Assembly (NCBI GenBank): GCA_963663895.2 | Contig: CAXXRD010000003.1 | Coordinates: forward strand, 192,001 to 256,000 | Direction of reading: 5' to 3' | From: Dehalococcoidia bacterium | GTDB lineage: Bacteria; Chloroflexota; Dehalococcoidia; Bin125 | Length of the DNA stretch: 64,000 bases | Part shown: piece after piece, positions 1 through 8,291 of the stretch | Layout: the number at the start of each line of letters is the position of its first letter | Position numbering within the stretch: position 1 is the stretch's first letter | Notes under the pieces: model-generated | What the model saw: the letters and a program-made list of their open reading frames with translations, nothing else | What the model was told of the DNA's origin: nothing | Database searches by the model: none | Made by a program: the position numbers and the translations under genes

Positions 1-4
1 CCGG

Positions 5-1510
5 GTGGGACGGGTCGGGGCCGGGCACGTGCTGATCATGGGCACCTCGGGGGCCTTCATCGCGGTCTGCGTCGCGGCCCTCGTGGAGGGCGGCCCCGCC
101 ACGATGGCGAGCCTCATCGTCGTCTCGTCGCTGTTTCAGTTCCTGCTGGCGGCGCGGCTCTCGCTGCTGCGCCGCATCCTGACGCCGGTCGTCTCGGGCA
201 CGGTGATCATGCTGATCGCCGTCACAGTCATGCCGCCCGTGTTCGACACGTTGGACGACGTGCCCGAGGGAACGGCGGCGGTCGCCGCGCCGCTGGCGGC
301 CATGGCCACCCTGGCCACCGTGGCGGCGCTCGTCTTGCGCGGCCCGCCGGCCTGGCGGCTGTGGTCGCCGCTGGCCGGCATCGCGGTGGGCTGCGCCGTG
401 GCCGCGCCCTTCGGGCTCTACGACGTGGATCAGGTGCTGGAAGCGCCCTGGATCGGCGTTCCCCTGGACGCCTGGCCGGGATTCGACCTGACCCCAGGCG
501 TGGAGTTCTGGGCGCTCCTGCCGGCATTCGTGGTAGTGACCCTGGTGGGCGCCATCGAAACCGTCGGCGACGGCGTCGCCATCCAACGGGTCTCCCGACG
601 CCGGCAGCGGGCGACCGATTTCCGGACGGTCCAGGGTGCGCTCAACGCCGACGGCGTGGGGAATCTGCTCTCCGGCATCGCCGGGACGCTGCCCAACACC
701 ACCTACTCAAGCAGCGTGTCACTGGCCGAGGTCACCGGCATCGCCGCGCGTCGGGTGGGGGTCGTCATCGGCCTGCTCTTCGTCGCGGTGGCGTTCCTCC
801 CCAAGGTCGCAGCCTTGCTGATCGCGATTCCCGGCCCCGTGGCGGCCAGCTACATCGTCGTGCTCCTGGGGCTGCTCTTCGTGCAAGGGATGAAGGTCAT
901 CATCCAAGACGGCGTCGACCACCGGAAGGCAGCCGTCGTCGGTCTCTCCTTTTGGATCGGCGCGGGCTTCCAGAACCAATGGATCTTCCCCGACCTGCTG
1001 GGGGAGGGCTTCGTAGCCGTGCTGCTCGGCAACGGCATGACGGCGGGCGCCATCGTCGCCATCGTCATGATGCTGTTCATGGATCTGACCGGCCCGCGAC
1101 GCCGGCGGCTGCAGGTCGCGCTGGAAAGCGCCGCCTTGCCGAGGATCGAAGCATTCCTGCGCGGGTTCGCGATGAAGCGCGGATGGAACGCGGCCTCGAC
1201 GAACCGGCTGGCCTCGGCGGGCGAGGAGGCCCTGGCGATCTTGCTGCAGGAGGCCGATGACGAGGCCGGGACGGCGCGCCGCTTGAGCGTCACCGCGCGC
1301 ATGGAGGGCCACTCGGCCGAGCTCGAGTTCGCCACGGTCTTGGAGGGGGAGAACATGGAGGACCGCTTGGCGTATCTGAGCGCGCTGCCCCCCGTACCGG
1401 ACGAGCACGAGGTCTCGTTCCGCTTGTTGCTGCACTACGCCTCTTCGGTGCGCCACCAGAAGTATCACGGCGTGGACATCGTCACGGTGACCGTCGAGGG
1501 CCGGCGTTAG
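5..1510 (+). CDS. NCS2/NAT (xanthine/uracil permease) family transporter with C-terminal degenerate RsbW/HATPase_c-like domain; 5' end probably outside window
   Basis: Many TM helices with NCS2 motifs (GTSGAF, TPVVSGTVIMLI, IETVGD, ADGVGNLLSGIAGTLPNTTYSS, FLPKVAALL), then a ~135-aa soluble domain with RsbW-like topology. Confidence 0.85.
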   Translation: MGRVGAGHVLIMGTSGAFIAVCVAALVEGGPATMASLIVVSSLFQFLLAARLSLLRRILTPVVSGTVIMLIAVTVMPPVFDTLDDVPEGTAAVAAPLAAMATLATVAALVLRGPPAWRLWSPLAGIAVGCAVAAPFGLYDVDQVLEAPWIGVPLDAWPGFDLTPGVEFWALLPAFVVVTLVGAIETVGDGVAIQRVSRRRQRATDFRTVQGALNADGVGNLLSGIAGTLPNTTYSSSVSLAEVTGIAARRVGVVIGLLFVAVAFLPKVAALLIAIPGPVAASYIVVLLGLLFVQGMKVIIQDGVDHRKAAVVGLSFWIGAGFQNQWIFPDLLGEGFVAVLLGNGMTAGAIVAIVMMLFMDLTGPRRRRLQVALESAALPRIEAFLRGFAMKRGWNAASTNRLASAGEEALAILLQEADDEAGTARRLSVTARMEGHSAELEFATVLEGENMEDRLAYLSALPPVPDEHEVSFRLLLHYASSVRHQKYHGVDIVTVTVEGRR

Positions 1511-1537
1511 CGCCGCAGCGCCGTCACGCGTCTCGGG

Positions 1538-1615
1538 AGCGCGCCAGCGCGACCCGACCCCGAGCAAACCCTCTATCACCTCAGGAGCCCGCGCCACCAC
1601 CCGCGCTGGCGCGCT
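1538..1615. repeat. Perfect 14-bp inverted repeat flanking a 50-nt spacer between convergent genes
   Basis: AGCGCGCCAGCGCG (1538-1551) and its reverse complement CGCGCTGGCGCGCT (1602-1615). Confidence 0.7.
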
Positions 1616-1624
1616 GGCCGATCG

Positions 1625-2365
1625 CTAGAAGAGCTGGGCGTCCGCGCCGAACCACTTCTGGATGAGAGCGTTCAACGAGCCGTCTTCCTTCATGCCGTCA
1701 ATGGCCCGGTCCAGCCTGTCCTTCAGCCAGCCATCATCCTCCCGAACGCCGACGCCCACGCCGGACTCCAACGTCACCTCGGGGCCGACGAGGGTCAGGC
1801 CGTCCCCGCTCTCCGCCATGCTGTCGCGGGCGAACCCCAAGTCGACTAGCGCCGCATCCGCCTCGCCGCTCAGGACGGCGGCCACGACCTCCGGAGCCAA
1901 GGCGTACTCCACCAGCGTCGCGCCGGATTGAGAGAGGTAGTCGGCCTGGACGGTGGCGACCTGGGCGGCCACTCTGCCGGCGACCACCTCGTCGCCCGCG
2001 CCGGCCCGAGCGATGTAGACCGAGGGGCTGGGAGGGATGTACGGCTGCGTGAAGTCGATCACTGCGTCCCGCTCGTCGGTGATGCTCATCCCGGCAAGGA
2101 TGGTGTCGTAGTCACCCGCAACAAGGTTGGGGATCATGCTGTCCCATTCCGTGGTCACCCAGGTGCACTCGAGGTCGGCGCGCCGGCACAGCTCGTCCCC
2201 CAGCTCCCGCTCGAACCCATCGACTTCGCCGCTGTCGTTGATGAAGTTGTAAGGGGGATAGGCCCCTTCCGTGCCCAGGCGGACGGTCTCGGATCCTCCG
2301 GTGCACGACAGACAGGCGAGGACGAGGACGGCGATCGCGGCGACCGGCGTCAGAGCCCTGAGCAC
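1625..2365 (-). CDS. Polar amino-acid ABC transporter substrate-binding (lipo)protein, family 3; start uncertain (ORF open to 2470)
   Basis: GTEGAYPPYNF, GFERELGDELC, WDSMIPNLVAGDYD, AGMSITDER, KWFG motifs; hydrophobic signal ending LACLSC. Confidence 0.9.
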   Translation of the reverse strand: MLRALTPVAAIAVLVLACLSCTGGSETVRLGTEGAYPPYNFINDSGEVDGFERELGDELCRRADLECTWVTTEWDSMIPNLVAGDYDTILAGMSITDERDAVIDFTQPYIPPSPSVYIARAGAGDEVVAGRVAAQVATVQADYLSQSGATLVEYALAPEVVAAVLSGEADAALVDLGFARDSMAESGDGLTLVGPEVTLESGVGVGVREDDGWLKDRLDRAIDGMKEDGSLNALIQKWFGADAQLF

Positions 2366-2463
2366 GGCCCTCTGCGTTCCGCCAACACCCGTCGCAGACA
2401 GCACGAAACCGTGGAGGCGCCGCTCTCTCCGGTACCCGTGCTTTTTCGCGATCGGCCCCAGAT

Positions 2464-3639
2464 TCACCATTTGTTGGACTCCTCCGCGTATACGGAATCT
2501 GGCAATCGATAGCTGATGCCCACCTCGTCGAAAACCGAGATCTCGAGCAGCTGCGTGAACTTATTGAAATTGCTATCGCGAACGCGCCTCGGAAATAGCC
2601 GAGCCATCACACGCTCGAATCGACCTTGCAATCGAAACCAGGCCAGCACGCCGAAGGTGGGGCGGCGGGGATACTCCAGCTGGTCGGCAAGCGTTTTCCC
2701 GATGAGTGCGCGCGAGACGGTGTACACGTACTTGACCAGCTTGCGGCGGGCGGTCCGCTCGGTGATCCCTACCAGCAATGGAGCAGAGTTGAGCAGTGAA
2801 TTCGCCAGGACGACCGACTCCGTACCGGGAGTCGGTTCGCTGACAGTGCCGATCTCAAACAGCCGCAAGGCTTCCTCTTCATCACGATATAAAATCGTCT
2901 CGGGAATGCCCATGAGATAACCAGAGTAGCGCCAGACCGCCATGAAACTTTCGCGCTCTTCGTCGCTGAACCGAGCGCCCAAACTTTTCATATGTTTCAG
3001 CAACCTTGCCGAAAAGGCGGTGATCGCATAGCCCACGTGGGCGGAGCTCAGCGGCACGCCCCAGGCCTCCGCATCCCACTCATCTGAATTCTTCAACAGG
3101 TATCGAACTTGTGCGTGAACCAGCCGCACGCGGACGGACAGCCTCCAGCCGTCCCCGTTTCTTTCCATGCCGCCGGGCATGAATATCTCGACCATGTGGC
3201 GGTTATTTTGTTTCAGCCGTCGGACGCCCTGATCGCGCAGCCGCCCGGTTATGAAGAAGGATTTGCTGATATTGGTCGAAAACCCTTCGACCAGGGTGCC
3301 TCCGACCATCGCCCCCAGAATCAGCTTCGAATTCCTGTGAAACATGCGAGCGCCGGGGTTGAATGCCGGAAGGTCGACCCAATCGGGCGGAGACTCCAGC
3401 TCCTCGAAGAAAGCACGCAGCGCTGGCAGCTCATCAAGCAAAGCGCCGTTGCCCGGATTCTCCATGCCGATCTCGATGAGCCGATGCGCCTCTTCCGGTT
3501 CGAGAGCGCTGAGCTGCTCGACCAGGGCGTCGGCTTCGGGGTCTCCGATGAGCGTGTGGGCGATGTAGTTGGCGGCTACGTCCGGATCAAGGCCGCGCGC
3601 GCGCTCGTAACCATCCTCGTAGTCGGACGGCATCTTCAT
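2464..3639 (-). CDS. MpaB/Lcp-like (DUF2236, rubber-oxygenase catalytic domain) heme oxygenase
   Basis: GDPEAD, PPDWVD, TGRL..RRL, VRLVHAQVR (heme His), WGVP, WRYSGYLMGI motifs; likely start ATG at 3639 (MKMPSDY). Confidence 0.85.
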   Translation of the reverse strand: MKMPSDYEDGYERARGLDPDVAANYIAHTLIGDPEADALVEQLSALEPEEAHRLIEIGMENPGNGALLDELPALRAFFEELESPPDWVDLPAFNPGARMFHRNSKLILGAMVGGTLVEGFSTNISKSFFITGRLRDQGVRRLKQNNRHMVEIFMPGGMERNGDGWRLSVRVRLVHAQVRYLLKNSDEWDAEAWGVPLSSAHVGYAITAFSARLLKHMKSLGARFSDEERESFMAVWRYSGYLMGIPETILYRDEEEALRLFEIGTVSEPTPGTESVVLANSLLNSAPLLVGITERTARRKLVKYVYTVSRALIGKTLADQLEYPRRPTFGVLAWFRLQGRFERVMARLFPRRVRDSNFNKFTQLLEISVFDEVGISYRLPDSVYAEESNKW

Positions 3640-3679
3640 CAAGCGGGAAGTCCCAGTCACGTACTTGGCATCCCGTGTG

Positions 3680-5956
3680 CTAATTCTCGCCGGACGCTTC
3701 TTCCACGCGCAGCTCCGGAATCCAGCGGAGGAACGGCGGCAGATACCAGTTTCCCTTGCCCAGCACCTCCATACTAGCGGGGACCAAGATGGACCGTACC
3801 AGCGTTGCATCCAGCAGCACGGCTATCCCAAGGCCGAAACCAATCAGCTGATTGACGACGGTCTCTCCCATCGCGAATCCGCCGAAGACCGCGACCATGA
3901 TGAGCGCCGCGCCGGTGATGATCCTCCCGGTCGAGCGCAGGCCGTAGCTCACCGCCTCGGTGTTGTCTCCGCTCTCGTCGTAGCGCTCCCGGATGCGGCT
4001 GAGCAAGAATACATGATAGTCCATGGAGAGCCCGAAGAGGATGGCGAAGAGAAACAGCGGGATCCAGGCGTCGATCACCTCCGCCTGCTGGAACCCCAGC
4101 AGATCCGTGGCGACTCCTTTCTGGAACACCAGCACCAGCAGCCCGTAGGTCGCGCCGACGGAGAGCAGGTTCATAATGATGGCCTTGATCGGAATCACGA
4201 TCGAGCGGAAGACCATCATCAAGATGATGAAGCTGAGACCCAGCACGAAGATGAAGACGATCGGCGTGTAGAAATCGACAATGCCATAAAAGTCGGCGAC
4301 CTCGGCCGTCAAGCCGCCAACGTGGACCTCCGCCGGGACCTCGGCGAAGGCGGCGGAAATGTGCTGCTCGCGGAGCGTGGCCATGTCCTCGGCAGCCTCG
4401 GGACTGGCCGGCTTCCCTGGGAAGGGGAGTGTCAGCAGGGCGAGGTCGCGAGCAGCGTTGACTTCCAGCGGGGCGGGCGGGACCGGGAAGGTCGGGTCGT
4501 TTAGAAGGCGCTGCTCAAGGCGCCCGATCGCCTGCTCCACCCGGGGATCGTCGATATCGCCGTCAACGACGATCTCGGCCGGGCTGAGGTATCCGGCGGG
4601 GCTAACGGTCCCCTCGGAGAACTTCTCTTCAAACAGGAGGAACGCCTCCTTGGTCTTGGCCTTGTCGGGGAAGGTGTTGACGTCGTTGAGCCCGGTCCGG
4701 ATATCGAAATAGAAGTACGACAGGGCGAGCAGCGGAGCGGCGACGAGGACGATGCTGACGATCGGATACCGCATCACGGCGCGCGTCAGGAGATCCTGGA
4801 GCCCCCGCCGGGAGGTACCGGCACCCTTCACCGAGAACCTGGCGAGGACGGGGATGGTGAGGAGATCCACTTTGGGGCCGAGCACCACGAGCCAGGCGGG
4901 TAGGAGCGTGAGCGTCATCGCCAGCGCCGCGATGACCACCAGAATGGCGCCCAGAGCGAGCGACTGGTAGAAGGACGCCGGCACGATCAGCAGCCCGATC
5001 AGGGCCAGCACGACGGTCGCGCCGCTGAACAGCACCGTGCGGCCGGCGGTCTCGCCCGCTCTCATGACCGCGTCCCGCGGCGCCAGACCGCGGTCCATCT
5101 CCTCCCGGAAGCGGGACACGATCAGCAGCGAATAGTCGATGCCCACCGCCAGGCCGATCATGACGACCATCATCTGGACGAAGAAGACCAGCTGGAATAG
5201 CTGGCCAATGATCGATACCGCGGCCAGCGCGATGGCGATCGCGACGACCGCGAGCCCCAAGGGCAGCAGGGTAGCGACGACGGCGCCAAAGAGCCCCAGC
5301 AACACGATCAGCGCCACCGGAATACCGATCCGCTCGCCTCTCTCTAAGTCTTCGGCCGCCAGCTCGTTGTTCTCAAAAGCGACGCTGGCGCTTCCGCCGA
5401 TGAGCACGAGGAAGTCGTCCGCTACGTCCGCTTCTTCGACGACGTGAATAACGTTCTCGACGTTTTCGGTCGCCTCCACCGAGCTGCCGGCCAAGGTGTA
5501 GTACATCAGGACCGTCCGGCCGTCGTCGGAAACCAGCAGTCTGCCTAACTCCTCCTGCTGCTGCGGACTGAGGAAAGCCCTCGCGGCGAGAAACTGGTAC
5601 TGGTAGTAGTGGTGCAGGGGTTCGCCAGCTATCCCCCCGTCGATCGTCTCCGGTCCCAGCGCGAGGATCTGGGTATGGACCGCCTCCACCTTGGCGCGGA
5701 AGGTGGGGTCGTCCACCGTCAAGGAGGGCGACTGCACGATGACGATCTCGGTTAGCTTCTCCGGCCCGCGCAGCCGATCCTCCAGCAGAGCGGCCGCTCG
5801 CTCGGACTCGTACCTGCCGGCCAGCCGGAAGTCCGTGGTGAGCGCGCTGTCGAGCAGATTGAAGGTGATCCCGGCGGCGACCACCCCCAGCACACCCCCC
5901 AGGCCGATGGTCACCAGCGGGCGCCGCACGCTGATACGGATAAGAGCGCTGATCAA
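3680..5956 (-). CDS. MMPL (RND superfamily) lipid transporter
   Basis: Two TM clusters with GLAVGIDYSLLIVSRFREE and FGLSMDYHVFLLSRIRE; LDATLVRSILVPA, NWYLP. Confidence 0.95.
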   Translation of the reverse strand: MISALIRISVRRPLVTIGLGGVLGVVAAGITFNLLDSALTTDFRLAGRYESERAAALLEDRLRGPEKLTEIVIVQSPSLTVDDPTFRAKVEAVHTQILALGPETIDGGIAGEPLHHYYQYQFLAARAFLSPQQQEELGRLLVSDDGRTVLMYYTLAGSSVEATENVENVIHVVEEADVADDFLVLIGGSASVAFENNELAAEDLERGERIGIPVALIVLLGLFGAVVATLLPLGLAVVAIAIALAAVSIIGQLFQLVFFVQMMVVMIGLAVGIDYSLLIVSRFREEMDRGLAPRDAVMRAGETAGRTVLFSGATVVLALIGLLIVPASFYQSLALGAILVVIAALAMTLTLLPAWLVVLGPKVDLLTIPVLARFSVKGAGTSRRGLQDLLTRAVMRYPIVSIVLVAAPLLALSYFYFDIRTGLNDVNTFPDKAKTKEAFLLFEEKFSEGTVSPAGYLSPAEIVVDGDIDDPRVEQAIGRLEQRLLNDPTFPVPPAPLEVNAARDLALLTLPFPGKPASPEAAEDMATLREQHISAAFAEVPAEVHVGGLTAEVADFYGIVDFYTPIVFIFVLGLSFIILMMVFRSIVIPIKAIIMNLLSVGATYGLLVLVFQKGVATDLLGFQQAEVIDAWIPLFLFAILFGLSMDYHVFLLSRIRERYDESGDNTEAVSYGLRSTGRIITGAALIMVAVFGGFAMGETVVNQLIGFGLGIAVLLDATLVRSILVPASMEVLGKGNWYLPPFLRWIPELRVEEASGEN

Positions 5957-6100
5957 AAGTGGCTTCCCCCCTTAGCAAGATAGAGCCCGTCCGCGAGGCG
6001 GTCCACGCCAGCGATATCTCTTCCGCATGGGTGGCCTAGATCAGCTCCGGCCCACTTCCAAATACTCAGAGTTCGCATGGCAGCTCCAGTTGTCGAAACG

Positions 6101-6119
6101 CTGCTGAGCGGCTCAGCAG
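6101..6119. promoter_or_regulatory. Perfect 9-bp inverted repeat (candidate operator) in MMPL/thrS divergent region
   Basis: CTGCTGAGC-G-GCTCAGCAG. Confidence 0.4.
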
Positions 6120-6399
6120 ACTCGCCATGGACCCAGGCCGACCCCCGCCTGCGTCGACGCCGGATCGCCAACAGGCGTGGAGGAGCGCGCGTCGGAGAGC
6201 GCGTCAGTGGATAGCGGCCGAGGGCGGGGAGTAGTGCATGATCGGAGGCCGCCGTAGGCTTGCCAGACGCGTATGCTCCCATAGAGTCCTGTAGAGATAT
6301 TGCTCTGGAGAGCGATCGTCCGCGCACGCGGCACCGGGCGGGATCGATAAGCAGGAAGCGACGAGCAGTGACGATCGGCGCGTGGCTGAAGGGCAATTC

Positions 6400-8187
6400 A
6401 TGACGGAGGCGAGGAGGGCCGAGGACGGCGGCGTGGGGCTCGATGAGTCGCCCGACCAGCTTGATCAGGAGGAGTTCCGGCGGCGGATGCGGCATTCCGC
6501 TGCACACGTGCTGGCGCAGGTGGTGTTGGAGATATTCCCGGACGCCAAGCTCGCCATCGGGCCGCCGATCGATACCGGGTTCTATTATGACTTCCTGTTG
6601 CCGCGCTCCTTGACCCCGGACGATCTGGAGACGATCGAACGGCGTATGCGCGAGGAGATGGCGAAGAAGCACACGTTCGTGTGGGAACCGATCACGGAGG
6701 AGGAGGCGCGGCAACGCTACGCCGACCAGCCGTTCAAGCTGGAGTTGATCGACGAGTTCGCGGGCGGCACGCTGGGGATCTGCAGCCACGCCGGCTTCAC
6801 GGACCTCTGCCGGGGCGGGCACGTAGCGCACACGCAACAGATCGGGCCGTTCAAGATCATGAACGTCGCCGGCGCCTACTGGCGCGGCGATGAGTCGCGG
6901 CCACAGCTCCAGCGCGTATACGGCGCGCTTTTCCCCACGGAACCGGAGCTCGAAGCCTATTTGCAGCGGCTTGAGGAGGCGGAAAAGCGTGACCATCGGC
7001 GTTTGGGACGCGATCTGGATCTGTTCTCACTGCACGAGGAGGTCGGACCGGGATTGGTCTTCTGGCATCCCAAGGGCGGACGGGTGCGGCTGGAAATAGA
7101 GGATTACTGGCGCCGGGCCCATCTGGAGGGCGGCTACGAGCTGGTATACACGCCGCACTTCGGAAAGTCTGGGCTGTGGGAGACCAGTGGACACCTGGAT
7201 TTCTACAAGGAGAGCATGTACGCGCCGATGGAGGTGGACGGCGAGGACTTCTATGCAAAGCCCATGAACTGTCCCTTCCACATCATGATCTACCGCAACG
7301 CCCGACGCTCGTACCGCGAGTTGCCGCTGCGGCTGGCGGAACTGGGCACGGTGTACCGCTACGAGCGCTCGGGGACGATGCACGGGTTGCTGCGGGTGCG
7401 CGGCTTCACCCAGGATGACGCGCACATCTTCTGCACGCCCGAGCAAGTGGAGTCCGAGATCGTGGAGGTGGTGCGCTTCTCGGTGGAGATGCTGCGCACG
7501 TTTGGCTTCGACGCTTTCACCGCCTTCCTGTCGACGCGGCCGGAGAAGGCCGTGGGAGAGCCGGCGGCCTGGGAGATAGCGGAGGCGGCGCTGCGCCGAG
7601 CGCTGGCGGTGGCAGCGCTGGCGTACGAAGTGGACGAAGGGGGCGGCGCTTTCTACGGACCCAAGATCGACCTGAAGGTCGTCGACGCGCTGGGGCGGGA
7701 GTGGCAGCTGACGACCGTGCAGTTCGACTTCAACATGGGCACGCGCTTCGGCCTCCGTTACGTGGGCGAGGACGGTGCGGAGCACAGCCCCTATCTGGTA
7801 CACCGGGCGCTGCTGGGCAGCATGGAGCGCTTCTTCGCCGTTCTGATCGAGCACTACGGCGGCGCTTTCCCGCTTTGGCTGGCACCGGTACAGGCGCGGT
7901 TGATCCCCATTGCGGACCGGCACGTGGAACACGCGCGGCGGATCGCCGCCTCGCTCCAGACGGCGGGACTGCGCGCCGACGTCGACACCCGGAGCGAGCG
8001 GATGAACGCCAAGATCCGCGACGCGCAGCTGGAAAAGGTGCCGTACATGCTGGTCGTCGGCGACCGCGAAGCGGCGGCAGCGACACTGGCGGCGGCCGTA
8101 CGGCGCCGGGACGGCGAGAACCTCGGCGTGCTGCCCGTGGCCGATCTGCAGTCGCGCCTGCTGGAGGAAGTGCGCCGCCGCACCTGA
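6400..8187 (+). CDS. thrS: Threonyl-tRNA synthetase (short N-terminus)
   Basis: RHSAAH, DLCRGGH, RDHRRLG, KPMNCPFH, RVRGFTQDDAH, GAFYGPKID, HRALLGSMERF; ATG at 6400. Confidence 0.98.
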   Translation: MTEARRAEDGGVGLDESPDQLDQEEFRRRMRHSAAHVLAQVVLEIFPDAKLAIGPPIDTGFYYDFLLPRSLTPDDLETIERRMREEMAKKHTFVWEPITEEEARQRYADQPFKLELIDEFAGGTLGICSHAGFTDLCRGGHVAHTQQIGPFKIMNVAGAYWRGDESRPQLQRVYGALFPTEPELEAYLQRLEEAEKRDHRRLGRDLDLFSLHEEVGPGLVFWHPKGGRVRLEIEDYWRRAHLEGGYELVYTPHFGKSGLWETSGHLDFYKESMYAPMEVDGEDFYAKPMNCPFHIMIYRNARRSYRELPLRLAELGTVYRYERSGTMHGLLRVRGFTQDDAHIFCTPEQVESEIVEVVRFSVEMLRTFGFDAFTAFLSTRPEKAVGEPAAWEIAEAALRRALAVAALAYEVDEGGGAFYGPKIDLKVVDALGREWQLTTVQFDFNMGTRFGLRYVGEDGAEHSPYLVHRALLGSMERFFAVLIEHYGGAFPLWLAPVQARLIPIADRHVEHARRIAASLQTAGLRADVDTRSERMNAKIRDAQLEKVPYMLVVGDREAAAATLAAAVRRRDGENLGVLPVADLQSRLLEEVRRRT

Positions 8188-8194
8188 GCGCAAC

Positions 8195-8210
8195 AGCGCG
8201 GTAACGCGCT
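8195..8210 (+). terminator. Small GNRA-capped hairpin after thrS (possible weak terminator)
   Basis: AGCGCG-GTAA-CGCGCT just after the thrS stop; no long U-tract. Confidence 0.3.
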
Positions 8211-8291
8211 TAACGACCAAGCGCAGCCCTGCAACCACAGAGTGCCCTATGATCGCGAACACATCCACGATCCGTGTATAGGCTTCCCGCT

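Noticed and set aside
3640-3810. Extended N-termini given by the ORF track (mpaB from 3810, pheS from 15377, ruvX from 24355, DUF512 from 47567, xseB from 40047)
   Set aside because: The extensions overlap neighbouring genes and lack family similarity; downstream starts fit better.
5957-6399. T-box riboswitch upstream of thrS (also checked pheS and alaS)
   Set aside because: No GGTGG-ACCGCG T-box antiterminator motif seen on the relevant strands.
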